Assembly (NCBI RefSeq): GCF_036365525.1
Contig: NC_090401.1
Coordinates: 31,145,036-31,209,035 of the forward strand
Length of the DNA stretch: 64,000 nt
Direction: 5' to 3'
From: Heterodontus francisci
Taxonomy: Eukaryota
The translations under genes were made by a program, and so were the position numbers. The notes below the pieces were generated by a model. It did not search any database. It saw only the letters and a list, made by a program, of their open reading frames with translations, and was not told the DNA's origin. The first letter of the stretch is position 1; every line of letters begins with the position of its first letter. Positions 35,422 to 49,468 of this stretch are shown here, piece by piece.

Positions 35422-37167
35422 ATGGCTGAGCCAAGACACAGGATGGACCCAGGGTTTAGTGGTGCCTCCCTGCAGATTCTCCTCCAGGCTGCACGGGAAA
35501 GGAGGGAGGTCCTCTTCCCCAGCGATGGCAAGAAGAGGTCCTCTCCCCTGACCAAGCAAGCCTGGACCGAAATCACAGAGGAGGTCAGCAGCTGTGGGGT
35601 CACCCAACACAACTGGGTGCAGTGCCGAAAGAGGGTCAATGACCTCCTGCGTTTGGCCAAGGTGTCTGCTCCATAACTCTCTATTACTGAGTGTAAGTGG
35701 CTATGCAGGAGGATGTGGGGCATGATGAGGGTGGCACAACCACAGTGATGGCAGAGGGGGTAAGGCATCACTACATCCTGACAGATGCATGGCTGCATGT
35801 TGGCCACAGGCCACCTTCTTTCACAGCTCACCCCCCATTAACTCCCCTGAGAGCGGATGGGAGCATGAGCTATATGTGATGCCCCAATAGGAGACAAGGG
35901 GCTGACACTAGCAGAACTGTCATGTTGATCACTCTGCGAATTCTTACTATCTCTCTCTTTCCACTTGCAGGACAAGAGGTCCCACAACAGGAGAGAGATG
36001 GCTCAGTCTGGCAGAGACCTTCCAGATCTACGGCCTCTCACCCCAGCCGAGGAAGAGGCCTTGGAATTGTTAGGGACCAAGGGCAGACACACCATATCAG
36101 ATCGAGAGACTACAGTCTCTACACAAGAGAGTGAGGCTTGGCTTCCATCAACATACGGATCACTTCTGGAGACACACATCACTTATGGTGGACATGACGA
36201 GATCTGCATAGAATAATCCACATGTTTATGTTCTCTCAGGCAAGTCGGCGGTCGCAGGAGATTCAACCAGAAGGGGGACAGCCATCCACCTCTGAGGAGG
36301 AGGAGCACTCCGCAGATGAACTGTCCCATGACTTTCCTGCACCTTCCACCAGAGCAGAAACCAACACCTCAGTGGGTTTCTGCTTGGCTGTAGAATCAGG
36401 GTCACTAATTGGTGAGAGCACAGCATACGTACCTGAGCAGCTAGCTGAGGCTGAGACAACCGAGGACACTGATAGTCGGATCTGGCCAGGCCCATGCTGA
36501 GCCCCAGTCTGATGATGAGCCTATGGTATTGTCAGCACAGGGCATACTTGAGTTCCAGAGAGAGTAAGGCAACATCTGGCGGCGATGCCAGAGGCTATGA
36601 GTGGACGATGGAGGAGTCCATCCGTGCTATGACTGCTGCCATGTCTCAGGCGTATGAGCACATGGCTTCTCCATCGAGAGGTTGGCGACCCTCATGGAGG
36701 GCCAGATCCTACAGATGCGTGCAGACTTTCACACCACCGCGTTGGCCATGAACTTGATGCAGCAGGGGCAAGGCAAGAGAAGGACAAGGCGCCTGGAGTC
36801 TTCTCCATCTCCTGCTCCTTCTCTAGTGAGCAGGGAGGTTCAAGTGAACCTTGAAAGGGAGAAGGAGAGGCTGACATCCGCAGCTGGGGGCTCCCCTCAG
36901 GGCGCTCTGATTGTGGACACCGGCTCCTCAGCCCCTCTGCCAGTGAGACCAGCTCCAGCAGCCTTGAGGCGTGAGGAGGGTTCTGCACCAGTGCAGGAAA
37001 CCTCCTGGCAGCAGGGGCCCTCCAGGCCTCAGGCAGCCAGAGGACAGCCACCAAAGTCATCACAGGCCATGGGGCAGCTTGATCAGCAGCCTGCCTCCAG
37101 CCCAGCAGCTAGCGCAGGGATCACACCTCATTGGAGCACCCACAAACACGTTAAGAAAACCACATAG
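35422..37167 (+). pseudogene. Harbinger Myb/SANT-like gene, copy 2
   Basis: Duplicate of 1235-2980 with a few substitutions (e.g. AARERREVLF versus AAWERREVLL). Confidence 0.8.
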
Positions 37168-37392
37168 CTACACTTGAGGATTCATGACTGTCAGAAATTT
37201 TACGTATTGATTAATTAAAAGTTCATTTGCTCAAATCATTAATGATCATTATGTGAAAGCCATTTTCCATTAGGCCTTAATTGTGATCTGCTGACATTCC
37301 CCTTCCCCATTACTGAAATGCCTATTTAACTACAGTCCTCATTAACATATGTTCTCCCATGGGCACAATTGTGATTTGCAGCTGGGCGCAAA

Positions 37393-38568
37393 TCAGGGAA
37401 CACAAATGGAAAGGAGGTGACAGACTACGTGCATCGAGGTGAGGTCTTTCTTGGTTCTCTGTGACTGGGCATCAGGAATGCTGGAAGCGGCTGATTGTGA
37501 GGTTGTCTCTTGCCTCCTTGGCACACAACTCAATCTGCCTGGCCTCTGGTGCAAGGGCTTCAACATCCAGCACTGCTTGCTCCTTTCCCTCCTTTGCATC
37601 TCATCATCATATATGGCCTCCCGCCTCTGCAGTGCCAGATTGTGCCGAGCACAGCAGACCACCATGATATGCGATACTCTCACTGGGACATACTGCAAGG
37701 CTCCACTGCATCGATCCAGGTACCAGAATCTCATCTTCAGCAGCCCAATGGCCTACTCAATGATCACTCAGGTGGAGCTATGGCAAGTGTTGTACCTCTC
37801 CTCTGCTGCAGTGCGGAGGCTGTTCAAAGGCATCAGTAGCCATGTCTTTGATGGGTAGCCCTTGTCCCCGATAATCCATCCCTGAGGCGAGCGGGGTCCT
37901 GAAAAGCTGTGGCACCGGGACTGCAGACGTGTGGAAGCATCATGGCTGCTTCCCAGGAAGTGGGCACACACCAGCAGGAAATGCTTTCCTGTTGATTAAG
38001 GCAGCTGGATGGTCCGTGGGAACATTGATGCCCATACGCGAGTCGTCTATCACAACTTACACCGACATAAATCCAGTGTTGGCCCCGAACCTGATGGCCC
38101 TCTTGTCCTGACTGTCAGTGTTGGTCTGGTAGTTCATATAGTCACCGGCTCTCTTGAACAGGGCATTTGTCACCTCCTTGATTAAGCCAATGGGCTTCTG
38201 CCTGGGAGACCCCACACATGTTCCCGATGGAACCTGGAAAGATCCAGCTGCAGAAAGTTTTAGTGCCATAGTGATCATCAGGGCCATTGGCATAGGGTGA
38301 CCCCCCCGCAAATCCCATAGATCACAACTCAACCTACAGCTGTGCATTAGTCTGTGATGGACTCCCTGAAGAGCCGTAGTCTTCACTGAGAATACCGCAC
38401 GGACATTTGGAGGTGGCTGATTCGAGACTGGTACACTCTCTTGTGCAGGTGGGCCCTTCTTGGCATGGCCAGCTTCTGATGCTCCCATCGAGGAGCTTCA
38501 CGGGCAGGCACAGCTGACTCTTGGTCCTCCCTCCATCCGAGGTGCTGTGTCATGCCATGGTGGTCCAA
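37393..38568 (-). pseudogene. Harbinger DDE transposase remnant, copy 2
   Basis: GWIIGDKGYP and MRFWYLDR..ALQY fragments. Confidence 0.88.
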
Positions 38569-40622
38569 AATTGACAGGGTGTATGAGACTCATGCCAGGT
38601 AACCTGTGGGCCACCAGAGCACTGTTGATGCAGAGATAACCCTGCCTTGGCAACTGAGCTTTTGACAATTCTCCTGGTGGACTCCGTGATAGTCCTCAGT
38701 ACCCACCCTGCTGATAGTCGACCCTCTCATCAAGCAGCAAGGGCGACCAAACATCTCTCACAGCAGTTTGGTTACCCAATACAGCCCCCGCAAACCCAAG
38801 CCCAAGCGCATCCCTCTTGCAGAGCCCCCGAGACCACAACTCCGCCCCCTTGCTGAGCATACAGCAACATAGACTGACAATGTCCTCCGAACCCCCCTCT
38901 TTCCCGCTGCAGCATTGTTCATAGCTGCCTCCCTGTCATGGCACTGAGGCCTCTCGCATCGTTGTGGCCGGTGTTTAACTGTCGTGAAACCGAAGCCGCC
39001 CGCTGTCCACTAAATCAAGAGCCAACCTTTAAAATCGAGGTTAATTAGATGTAAATGCATTACAAACAACTGCTCAGCAATTTAAAATAGATTCCTGTCA
39101 TATCAGGGCAGTAATGCTGCCTTGGTCCTTTCCTGCCGCTGGCAAAATCTGGGACCGTTGTCACAACACTGGATTTCCGGATGGATGGTTCTGATGCGAT
39201 TCTCTGTTCCCCTATGCCACCACTCCCACTTTAAAGGGCCGCATTAAATTCTGCCCATGGTGACAGTCATTGCAGCTGTGTTGTGTTTCAATGATTCCAT
39301 GTCAGTGCATTATTGCAAGCCGTGGCTTGAATGTATGCCCCATTGGAATATAGTGATGTGAGGCAATGAGAGTTGCAAGCTTGCCTGAAGGTGTGGCACG
39401 GATGCATAGTGAAGGTGGAATAGGTCAGCTTGCAGCACCTTGTTACATGCAGTATTTTGCCATCAACTTGGTTCATGGTACTGTGGTTTTACCTTGAAGA
39501 TTCCTTCAACTATTGAGCCTTCTCTATGTTATTCTGGGGTGTTTAAGATATTGTGCAGTGTTGAACCTGTCTGCCACCATCTCCATACCATACCCATACA
39601 TCAGCAGGGCACACATTCAAGACTAAAGGATAGGTTCCAGAGATGTGTTCAAAGTTGTGCTAACGTCTGCCTGTAAACCTAAGAATGCATTTTGATGACC
39701 TCAGCAAATGACATTTGATGGGGTGAAATTCGCCTTGGTCTAACAGTATGGATCTAGAACCTCTTTCTTGCCAAACATTTGGCTTAAACCAGTATCTCAT
39801 TAGCACAAATTGCTCTCCCAGTCACTCTGACTTCCCCCTAAGTATGAGAGAGAAGAAGAGAATTGATTGGAAAAGTTAACACAGGCACGGAGCCAATAGA
39901 ATGGGTGTTTGAGGCATGCAAGTGCTGAAATGATTAATCTACTCGCTTCCCAAGTCTTGGCATTCCATCATTCAGTTATCTGCCCATTCTACATGAGATA
40001 AGGAGATAATAAAATGGAAGTTTTTTTAAAAAAGCTTGGATGTTAAAAAAAAACTTACTGATTGGCAGTAACCCAAATATAATGTGAAGAGGATTCCAGT
40101 CTTTAGAAACAAGCAAAGGAACTTCTGTGTCTTAAAAAAATAAACACAAGTACAAATACATCTCAAACATGAAAACTCTTCAACTAGGATCTTAAAACAA
40201 TCCATCGGTTTGAAAGAAGTTTACCTGGCCATTAAAGCAACCATGAGATTTTCAAAATTGTACATAACAGGGTATACTCCTGTAACACACAATTTAGTTA
40301 AAGGCAAAAAAAATAGTCAGAAGTAAATGTAAAAGAAAAACTGATACAATTGCTCATTAATCCAGAATAGAGATAGTGAATGTTTCATGGCTAGAATTTT
40401 GGCTTGAAACGGGGTGTAGTTGACGATGATGGGAGATTAAAGCCTACTGCCAGAGCTTAACTGCTGCATAATATCTTTCACACTGCTATATTCTGAAAGG
40501 CAAAACAGTCACAGAGAAAAGACATAATATTCAGAGCCTTTATTTATTTTCAGTCAGATTCTTCTTCATATACAGCATGTAAAGGAAAGATGTTCATTAT
40601 TTTCAGTTGTCTTAAGGCACTT

Positions 40623-43600
40623 TTACTTTACGTAGCGTAGGATCGAACCTAGGAAAGCACCTGCAGTTCCCAACACAATGTTGGCACCTGCAGAGAGTCC
40701 AGCGGCCCCTTTAAAGAAAAGAAAAATATAAATGTGAATTAATTGCACACAATATGACATGTCAACAATTTGTTAATAATCAACAATTCTTATAATCCAG
40801 GTCTAAACAGTATCCAGAGGAAAGATCAAAACCCTATTATAACTGATTTTACCGTTAATTTCTTTATTTGTATTTACAATAAAGCCAACTCATTTATCAT
40901 TAGCATGTTGTTGAGGTTAAAACATAATAGTATTAACATTTATTGCAAAAGTGCCTTCTCGCTTCTATTAAAACTGTACTGATAAGTTTCCGAGACAATT
41001 GGGTAATATAAAAATGTATTCAGCACTATCATAGATGCCCAGGAATTCAAATACTATCAGGGAGGCTTTAAACAAGAAAGATTGAGAAATGTTCATTACT
41101 TATCACTGAAGCTTACCAGCAGACTGAAGGACAGCCACCAGACTTCCAGCTGCTACACCTCCTCCATTGGCGACAGCTGCTGTAGACATCATACTTGATG
41201 CAATAGAACTGCCTGCTATTCCAGCGCTGGTAAATCCCACTGCTCCCAGAACCACTGGCGCAGCAACAATGGTTGTAACTGAAGGATGAAACATCCACAT
41301 TTAAACACAACACATATACACACAGGAGCTTAACAATATTGCCTAAAGCCTGATACATACAATTGTAGCATATCAGAATTCTTCCTGTCTGCAATGATGG
41401 TTTATTTCCTTTACAACATTTCAATCCAGTATTTTGCAATATCAATTATATTTATAATAATCCAGATCCAAGATATGCTTCACAATTTTCCTCAAGATCC
41501 CCTATCTGGAATTTCCACAGGGGTGCTCCAGATTATTTGCTGTAATTTTAGCAGAAAACCTACAGAAATGATACAAATGGCCACTTGTGCCTTTTCTTCA
41601 AGGTTTTTGCTTATATTCAAAAGTTATTGCAGATAATCTGGAGAACTCCCATCAAAATTCTATCGCTCAACCTTGAACAGCACTGAAGCCGAATAGAGGT
41701 CGCAGAATTAAACAGCAGTTCAAGAATAACAGCTACCAACAAATGTATCTCATGGTTCATTTTGTGATGCTTGGACTGAAAATTATAGAGGAACATCTAT
41801 CAAATAGTAAAATATTGACTGCTTGCAGCAATCTAATCATACTGTATGTAAAGGTAATGCTGTAAGTTGTCACATTACGTGCACTGTGACTGAACTAATA
41901 TTACTTATTAGAAATTAGTATACGTAAGAAAGTTGTACAGGAGAAATTAATGGGGCTGAAGGTTGATAAGTCCCCAGGACCTGATATTCTATATCCCAGA
42001 GTGTTAAAAGAGGTAGCTATGGAAATAGTGGATGCATTGGTGATCATCTTCCAAAATTCTATAGATTCTGGAGCAGTTCCTGCAGATTGGAAGGTTGCAA
42101 ATGTCACCTGACTATTTAAGAAGGAAAGGAGAGAGAAAACAGGGAATAACAAACCTGTTAGCCTTACATTAGTCATTGGGAAAATGCTCGAATCCATTCT
42201 AAAGGATGTGATAAATGGACACTTGGATAATAATGATCTGATTGGGAAATCATGTTTGATGAACCCGTTGGGAGTTTTTTTGAGGATGTTATGAACAGAA
42301 TTGATAAAGGGGAGTCGGTGGATGTGGTATACCTGGATTTTCAGAAGGCTTTTGATAAAGTCCCCCACAGGAGATTGGTTTGCAAAATTAAAGCACATGG
42401 GATAGGAGGTACTATACTGGCATGGATTAAGGATTGGTTAACAGGCAGAAAACAGAGAGTGGGAATAACTGGCTCATTCTCACGTTGGCAGGCTGTGACT
42501 AGTGGGATACGCGGGGATCAGTGTTTGAGCCCCAGCTCTGCACAATATCTAACATTGATTTGGATGTGGGAACCAAATGTAATATTTCCAAGTTCACGGA
42601 TAACACAAAACTAGGTGGGAATGTGTGTTGTGAGGAAGATGCCAAGTAGCTTCAAGGGGATTTGGACAGACTTAATGAGTGGGCAAGAACATGGCAGATG
42701 GAATATAATGTGGAAAAATGTGAGGTTATCCACTTGGGTAGGAGGAATAGATGTGCAGAGTATTTCTTAAATGCTAAGAGATTAGAAGGTGTAGACGTAC
42801 AAAGGGACCTCGGTGTCCTTGTCAATAAGTCACTGAAAGCTAACACGCAGGTGCAGCAAGCAATTAGGAAGGCTAATGGTATGTTAGCCTTTATCGCAAG
42901 AGGATTTGAGTACAGGAGTAGTAAAATCTTGCTTCAATTGTATAGAACATTGGTTAGACTGCACTTGGAGTACTGCGTGCAGTTTTGGTCCCCTTACCTT
43001 AGGAAGGGTATTATTGCCATAGAGGGAGTGCAACACCAGACTTGTTCCCGGGATGGCAGGACTGTCCTCTGAAGAGAGATTGGGGAAACTGGGCCTGTAT
43101 TCTCTAGAGTTTCGAAGAATGAGAGTAATCTCATTGAAACCTACAAAATACTTAAAGGGATAGACAGGGTAGATGCAGCTAAGATGTTTCCCCTGGTTGG
43201 GGAGTCTCGTACCAGGGGACACAATTTCAAAATAAGGGGGAAGCTTAGGTCAGAGATGAGGAGAAATTTCTTTACTCAGAGGGTTGTGAATCTTTGGAAT
43301 TCACTACCCCAGAGGGCTGTGAAAACTCAGTCATTGAGTATGTTTAAAGTAGTGATTGACAAATTTGTAAATACAAATGACATAAGGGGATATGAGGATA
43401 TTGTGGGAAAAAGGCATTAAAGTGGATGATCAGCCATGATCATACTGAATGGCGGGGCAGGCTCGATGGGCTGAATGGCCTACTCCTGCTCCTATGTTCC
43501 TAAACTGTGATAGTCCCATTGTACACCATAACTTCCTACCGTGTCCTTCCTTCTTTAGTTGATACAGCTGCTGAATTACTTGAAAATAATATATTACATT

Positions 43601-46600
43601 ACTGTTGTCTACTTTAAACATATCAGGGGTGATCTAAACCGGCCCACCCAGCAGAAACTAGGTGGGTGGGAGTTAAAATTGACCAGGTAACTTACCCAAC
43701 AGAAATCCATCAGGGATTCACTGATTTGAATTTTAACCTGCTCTACAGAATAGGTGTCAAGAACACAAGTCCAAAGCCAGCTCAGGCCTTCTTTACATAT
43801 ACGTGTCAGGTCCTGATGACATCAGGATCCAACTGCAACTTTAACTGCTGTCATGAGCAGCGATACCGTTGTAGATTTTCTGCGATTTGAAGAAGGAGCT
43901 CCAGGCAGAAGAGGCCCATAGAAATAAAGCGTTTTTGCTTTTCTTGTGAGGCCTAGAGGTGCAGGAGTGCTTTTCCAGACATCGCAAGGAAATATTTTGG
44001 GCCTCAGTTGCCGCAGACTCCTACCAAAATTCTTTCCCCAAAACGAGACCCCTGGGAGACTGCCCTCGAAGTTGATCCTGTCTAGTTGTCTGTTGGGTGG
44101 TCTCTAAACCGCCAATCGAGCTATGGACTGCTAGTTTTCCAGTTTCCTTCTAAGAAATTGGGTTCTGGATCATGCTTTGGTGGTGTGAGGGTAGGGAGCT
44201 GGGGAATAGGAACAGAAGTAGCTGGCGAAAGGGATAAGAAATAAATGGCTATGGCTTCCACTACCCACCGCATCTGAAAATAAAAACATATGGGAGCAGA
44301 AGAACATAGAGAAACAAGCAAAAAAAGAAAATCAAGTTCTGGCAAGAGATGGAGTAAAAAAGTAGAATGTGAGAGCGATAGAGAGTGAAATAGCAACACA
44401 AATATGACATGGATAGATGCAAGACTATATAGAGTCATAGAGTTATACAGCACAGAAACAGGCCCTTCAGTCCACCGTGTCTCTCCCGGCCATCAAGCAC
44501 CTAACTATTCTAATCCCATTTTCCTGCACTTGGCCCGTAGCCTTGTATGCTATGGCGTTTCAAGTGCTCATCTAAATACTTCTTAAATGTTGTAAGGGTT
44601 CCTGCCTCTACCACCTCTTCAGGCAGTGCGTTCCAGATTCCAACCACCCTCTGGGTGAAAAGTTTTTCCTCAAATCCCCTCTAAACCACCTGCCCCTTAC
44701 CCTAAATCTACACCCCCTGGTTATCGACCCCTCCGCTAACGGACAAAGTTTCTTCCTATCTAACCTATCAATGCCCCTCAATTTTATATACCTCAATCAG
44801 CTGCGCCCTCAGCCTTCTCTGCTCTAAGGAAAACAACCCGAGCCTTTTCAGTCTCTCTTCATAGCTGAAATGCTCCAGCCCAGACAACATCCTGGTGAAT
44901 CTCCTCTGCACCCTCTCCAGTGCAATCACATCCTTCCATAGTGTGGTGCCCAGAACTGTATACAGTACTTCAGCTGTGGCCTAACTAGTGTTTTATACAG
45001 ATAACCTCCCTGCTCTTATATTCTATGCCTTAGCTAATAAAGGCAAGTATCCCATATGCCTTCCGAACCACCTTATCTACCTGTGTTGCTGCCTTCAGTG
45101 ATATATGGACAAGTACACCCAGGTCCCTCTGACCCTCTGTACTTCCTAGGATCCTACCATCCATTGTATATGCCCTTGCCCTGTTAGTCCTCCCAAAATG
45201 CATCGGGATTAAATTCCATTTACCACTGCTCCGCCCATCTATATCGTCCTGTAATCTAAGGCTTTCCTCCTCACTATTTACGACACCACCAATTTTCATG
45301 TCATCTGCGAACCTACTGAGAGGATTTGAAAATTTGTGTCAGAGCCCCTGCCATCTCCTCCCTTGCCTCACATAACAGCCTGGGATACATCTCATCTGGG
45401 CCTGGGGATTTATCCACTTTTAAGCCTGCTAAAACTGCAGAAAAGATTCACAAGGATGTTGCCTGGTTTGGAGGGCTTGAGTTATAAAGAGAAATTGGAT
45501 AGGCTGTGTCTGTTTTCCCTGGAGCAAAGAAGGCTGAGAAGGGTCATGCTAGAGGTATATAAAATTATGAGAGGCATAAATAGGGTAGACAGCCAGAGTC
45601 TGTTTCCCATGGTAGGGGTGACTAAAACTAGAGGGCATAGATTTAAGGTGAAAGGGAGGAGGTTTAAAAGGGATCAAAGGGGTACATTTTTCACACAAAG
45701 AATAGTGGGTATTTGGAATGAGCTGCCTGAGGAGGTGGAGGAGGCAAGAACAGTAGCAACATTTAAGAGGCATCTGGACAGGTACTTGAATGAGCAAGGC
45801 ATAGAGGGATATGGAATTAATGCAGGCAGGTGGGATTAGTATAGATAGGCATTATGGTCGGCATGGACGTGGTGGGCCGAAGGGCCTGTTTCTATGCTGT
45901 ACGACTCTATGACTTTCAATGCTAATATGTTCAAGTATATCACAATCCCCCTCCCTGATCTCTACACCTACATTGTCCTTCTCCATAATGAACACAGATG
46001 AAAAGTAATCATTTAAAGCCTCACCAATGTCCTCCGGCTCCGCACACAGATTGCCACTTTGGTCCCTAATGGGCTCTACGCTTTCCCTGATTATCCTCTT
46101 GCCCTGAATATAGTTATAAAACGCCTTGGGATTTTCCTTTATCTTGCTCGCCATTGGTTTTTTCATGTCCCCTCTTCGCTCTCCTAATTACTTTTTTTAA
46201 GTACCCCCCTACACTTTCTATACTCCTCTAAGACCTCCACTGTTTCTAGCACTCTGAATCTGCCATAAGCCTCCTTTTTTTCTTCCTTATCCAATCCTCT
46301 ATATCCCTTGACATCCAGGGTTCCCTGGACTTGTTGCTCCTATCCCTCACCTTAATGGTTACATGTTGGCTCTGAACTCTCACTATTTCTTCTTTGAATG
46401 ACTCCCACTGGTCTGATGTAGACTTTCCTACAAGTAGCTGCTCCCAGCCCACTTTGGCCAGTTTTATCATATTGAAATTGGCCTTCCCCCAATACAGTAC
46501 CTTTATTACCGGTCCATTTTTGTCCTTTTCCATAACTGCCTTAAATCTTAGCGTTACGGTCACTATCCCCGAAATGCTCCCCCACTGATACTTCTACCAC

Positions 46601-48784
46601 TTGTCCGGCTTCATTCCCTAGGACTAGGTCCAGTACTGCCCCTTCTCTTGTAGGACTTTCTACGTGCTGGCTCAAAAAGTTCGCCCGTATGCATTTTAAG
46701 AATTCCACCCCCTTTTAGCCTTTTGCACTAAGACTATCCCAGTTGATATCGGGGAAGTTGAAATCCCCTATTATTACCCTATTATTTTTACACCTCTCAG
46801 AAATTTGCCCATATATCTGCTCCTCTATCTCTCCCTGGCTGTTTGGAGGACTGTAATATAAAAAGAACTTGCATTTATATAACACCTTGCATGACCGCAG
46901 TACTTCCAAAAGTGGTTAACAACAAATGAGGTACTTTTCTGAGATGCAGTCAGTGTCATAATGTAAAAAAATGCAGCAGTTAATTTTCACACAGCAAGGT
47001 CCCACTAATATCAATGAGGTAATGACCAGACAATCTGTTTTAGTGATGCTAAAGGATAAATGTTGTCCAGGACACTGGGAGAACTGCCCTGTACTTCTTT
47101 TAATTGAACCATGGGATTTTATACATTTTTTGAAATTTATTAATTCAAGGATGTGGACATGGCTGGAATGGCCAGCATTTATTGGCCATCCTTAACTGTT
47201 CCTGAGAAGGTGGTGGTGAGCTGTCCTCTTGAACCACTGCAGTCCATGTGCTGAAGGTACTCCCACAGTGCAATTAGACAGGAAGTTCCAAGATTTTGAC
47301 CCAGTGACCATGAAGGAAAAGTGATACAGTTCCAAGTTAGGATGGTGTGTGATTTGGGAGAGGAACTTGGAGCTGTTGGTGTTCCCATGAGCCTGCTGCC
47401 CTTGCCCTACAAGGTGGTAGAGGCTGGGTGTTTGGAAGGTGCTGTCTAAGGAGCCTTGGTGAGTTGCTGCAGTGCATCTTGTAGATGGTACACAGGGCGA
47501 CCAAGTTGTTCTGGTGGTGGAGGGAGTAAATGTTTAAGGTGGTGGATGGGGTACAGATCAAATGGGCTGCTTTGTCATAAATGTTGTTGAGCTGTATGAG
47601 TGTTGTTAGAGCTGCACTCATCCAGGCAAGTGGAGAGTACTCCAACACACTCCTGACTTGTGCCTTTTAGATGGTGGACAGGCTTTGGGGAGTCACGAGG
47701 GGAGAGTTACTCACCACAGAATTTCCAGCTTCCGACCTGCTCTTGCAGTCACAGTATTTGTATGGCTGGTTCTGTTAAGTTCCTTGTCAATGATAACCAC
47801 AGAATATTGATGGTAGGGGATTCATTGATGGTAATAATATTGAATAACAAGGGGAGTTGGTTAGACTGTCTCTTGTTGGAAATGGTCATTGTTTGGCACT
47901 TGTGTGGCATGAAAGTTACTTGCCAATTATCAGCACAAGTCTGGATGTTGTCCAGGTCTTGCTGCATTTGGTTATAATTTGCTTCAATATCTGAGAGATT
48001 GAGAATGCAATTAACATTATGCAATCACTAACAAACATCCCGACTTCTGACCTTACAATGGAGTGAAGATCATTGATGGAGCAGCTGAAGACGGTTGGGC
48101 CTAAGCCACTACCCTGAGTGATGTCTGGAGGCTCAGATGATTTGTCTCGAACAGCCACAAACATCTTAATTTGTACTAGGTAACACTGAAGCCAGTGGAG
48201 ATTTCTCTCTGAATTCCCAATGATTTCAATTTTACTAGGGCTCCTTGATACTGCACTCGATCAAATGTTGCCCCGATGTCAAGGGCAGTCACTCTCATTT
48301 CATGTCTAAAATTCAGCTTTTTTGTCCGTATTTGAATCAAGGCTGTAATGAGTTCTGGAGCTGAGGGTCCTGGTGAAACCTCAACTCAGTATCAGTGAAC
48401 AGGTTATTGGTGATCAAACTTGGTTTAACAGCTCATCTGAAAGATGACACCTCCGACAATTCCGCACTCCCTCAGTACTGCAAAGATGTATCAGCCGAGG
48501 TTATTTGCTCAAGTCTCTGGAGTGGAAATTGAACATACGACCTTCTGACTCCGAGTCGATATCCTCCGACTAACAATGAGCAATGCAATGGGAGATCTAC
48601 TAATTTCCTTTGTAAATTTTTGAGAGCATTGTCACACTTTGTGTAATGTGCAATACTGCTGTTAGATCCACTTCAGTAGTCCCCTTCCTAGGATGTTTTT
48701 GTCTATTATTTAAAAATATATATATTTTGCAGTCAAATAGTGCTTACCTGCACCTATAGCTGCAGCTCCAGCTATCCACAACAT
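40623..48784 (-). CDS. ifi27l2: ISG12 family IFI27L2-like protein (gene B, copy 2), 94 aa; exons 48784-48748, 41278-41117, 40708-40623
   Basis: Same exons and splice sites as copy 1. C-terminus is LRYVK* instead of LRYGK*. Confidence 0.88.
41901..43505 (+). mobile_element. CR1 LINE, copy 2
   Basis: Duplicate of 7715-9320. Confidence 0.92.
44428..46855 (-). mobile_element. CR1 LINE with nested inverted CR1 fragment (45437-45914), copy 2
   Basis: Duplicate of 10243-12683. Confidence 0.9.
47132..48417 (-). mobile_element. Non-LTR retrotransposon RT fragment inside a Deu-SINE, copy 2
   Basis: Duplicate of 12960-14245. Confidence 0.85.
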
Positions 48785-48945
48785 GATAATCTGCTAATTT
48801 GCACACTGTAAACTTAAAAAAAGTCTTTCATTAGAGGGGAATAAATAAATAAATAATAAAAACCAGTAGATGTATTTGAATTTCCAAAAGGGAATTGATA
48901 AGGTGCCACATAAAAAGGTTATTACACAAGATAAGAGCTCATGAT

Positions 48946-49468
48946 GGGCTGGATTTTGTGGAGGAGGCGGGGCTTCCTGCCTCAGCCTTTTCATGTCCCA
49001 CCCCGCCCCCCCCACCCTCTGTTGTTTTCCTGTCCGAGTGTCCCGCGCCAGCATCCCTGTCCCTTGGAGGGTCCTGCCTCCAAGAGCTGCCGGCCAATCA
49101 CTGGGAGCAGTGGCCACTGCCGGTATTGCAGAAGCCTGGGACCCAGGCCCAGCGCTGGAACCCCAGACCTCAGGTAAGAGAGGAGGGGTTGCTGAGGCCA
49201 GTCCGGAAGGCCGCAGCGAGTGGGGTTGCGGGGGGGGGGGTGGGGGTGGGTGCGGTGGTGGTCATAAAGCCCAGGAGGAGTGGAGCCCTGGGAGGTGCAT
49301 TGTTTTCCAGCCAGGGCCCTCCATGAACCACAGATTGCCCATAGAGGAGGGCCCCACCCCCAAGCCACAGGTAGGTTCCTCGTTTTACAAGGCAACACCC
49401 CCTGACCCCATTAATAGGCCACTTAAGGGCCTAGTGACAGGCGGGTGGTGAACTATAAAATCCAGCCC
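48946..49468. mobile_element. Harbinger-type MITE, copy 2
   Basis: GGGCTGGATTTT...AAAATCCAGCCC, ~20 bp shorter than copy 1. Confidence 0.8.

Larger units (their letters stand above)
34930..39256. mobile_element. Decayed PIF/Harbinger transposon, copy 2
   Basis: Duplicate of 743-5070. Confidence 0.85.
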
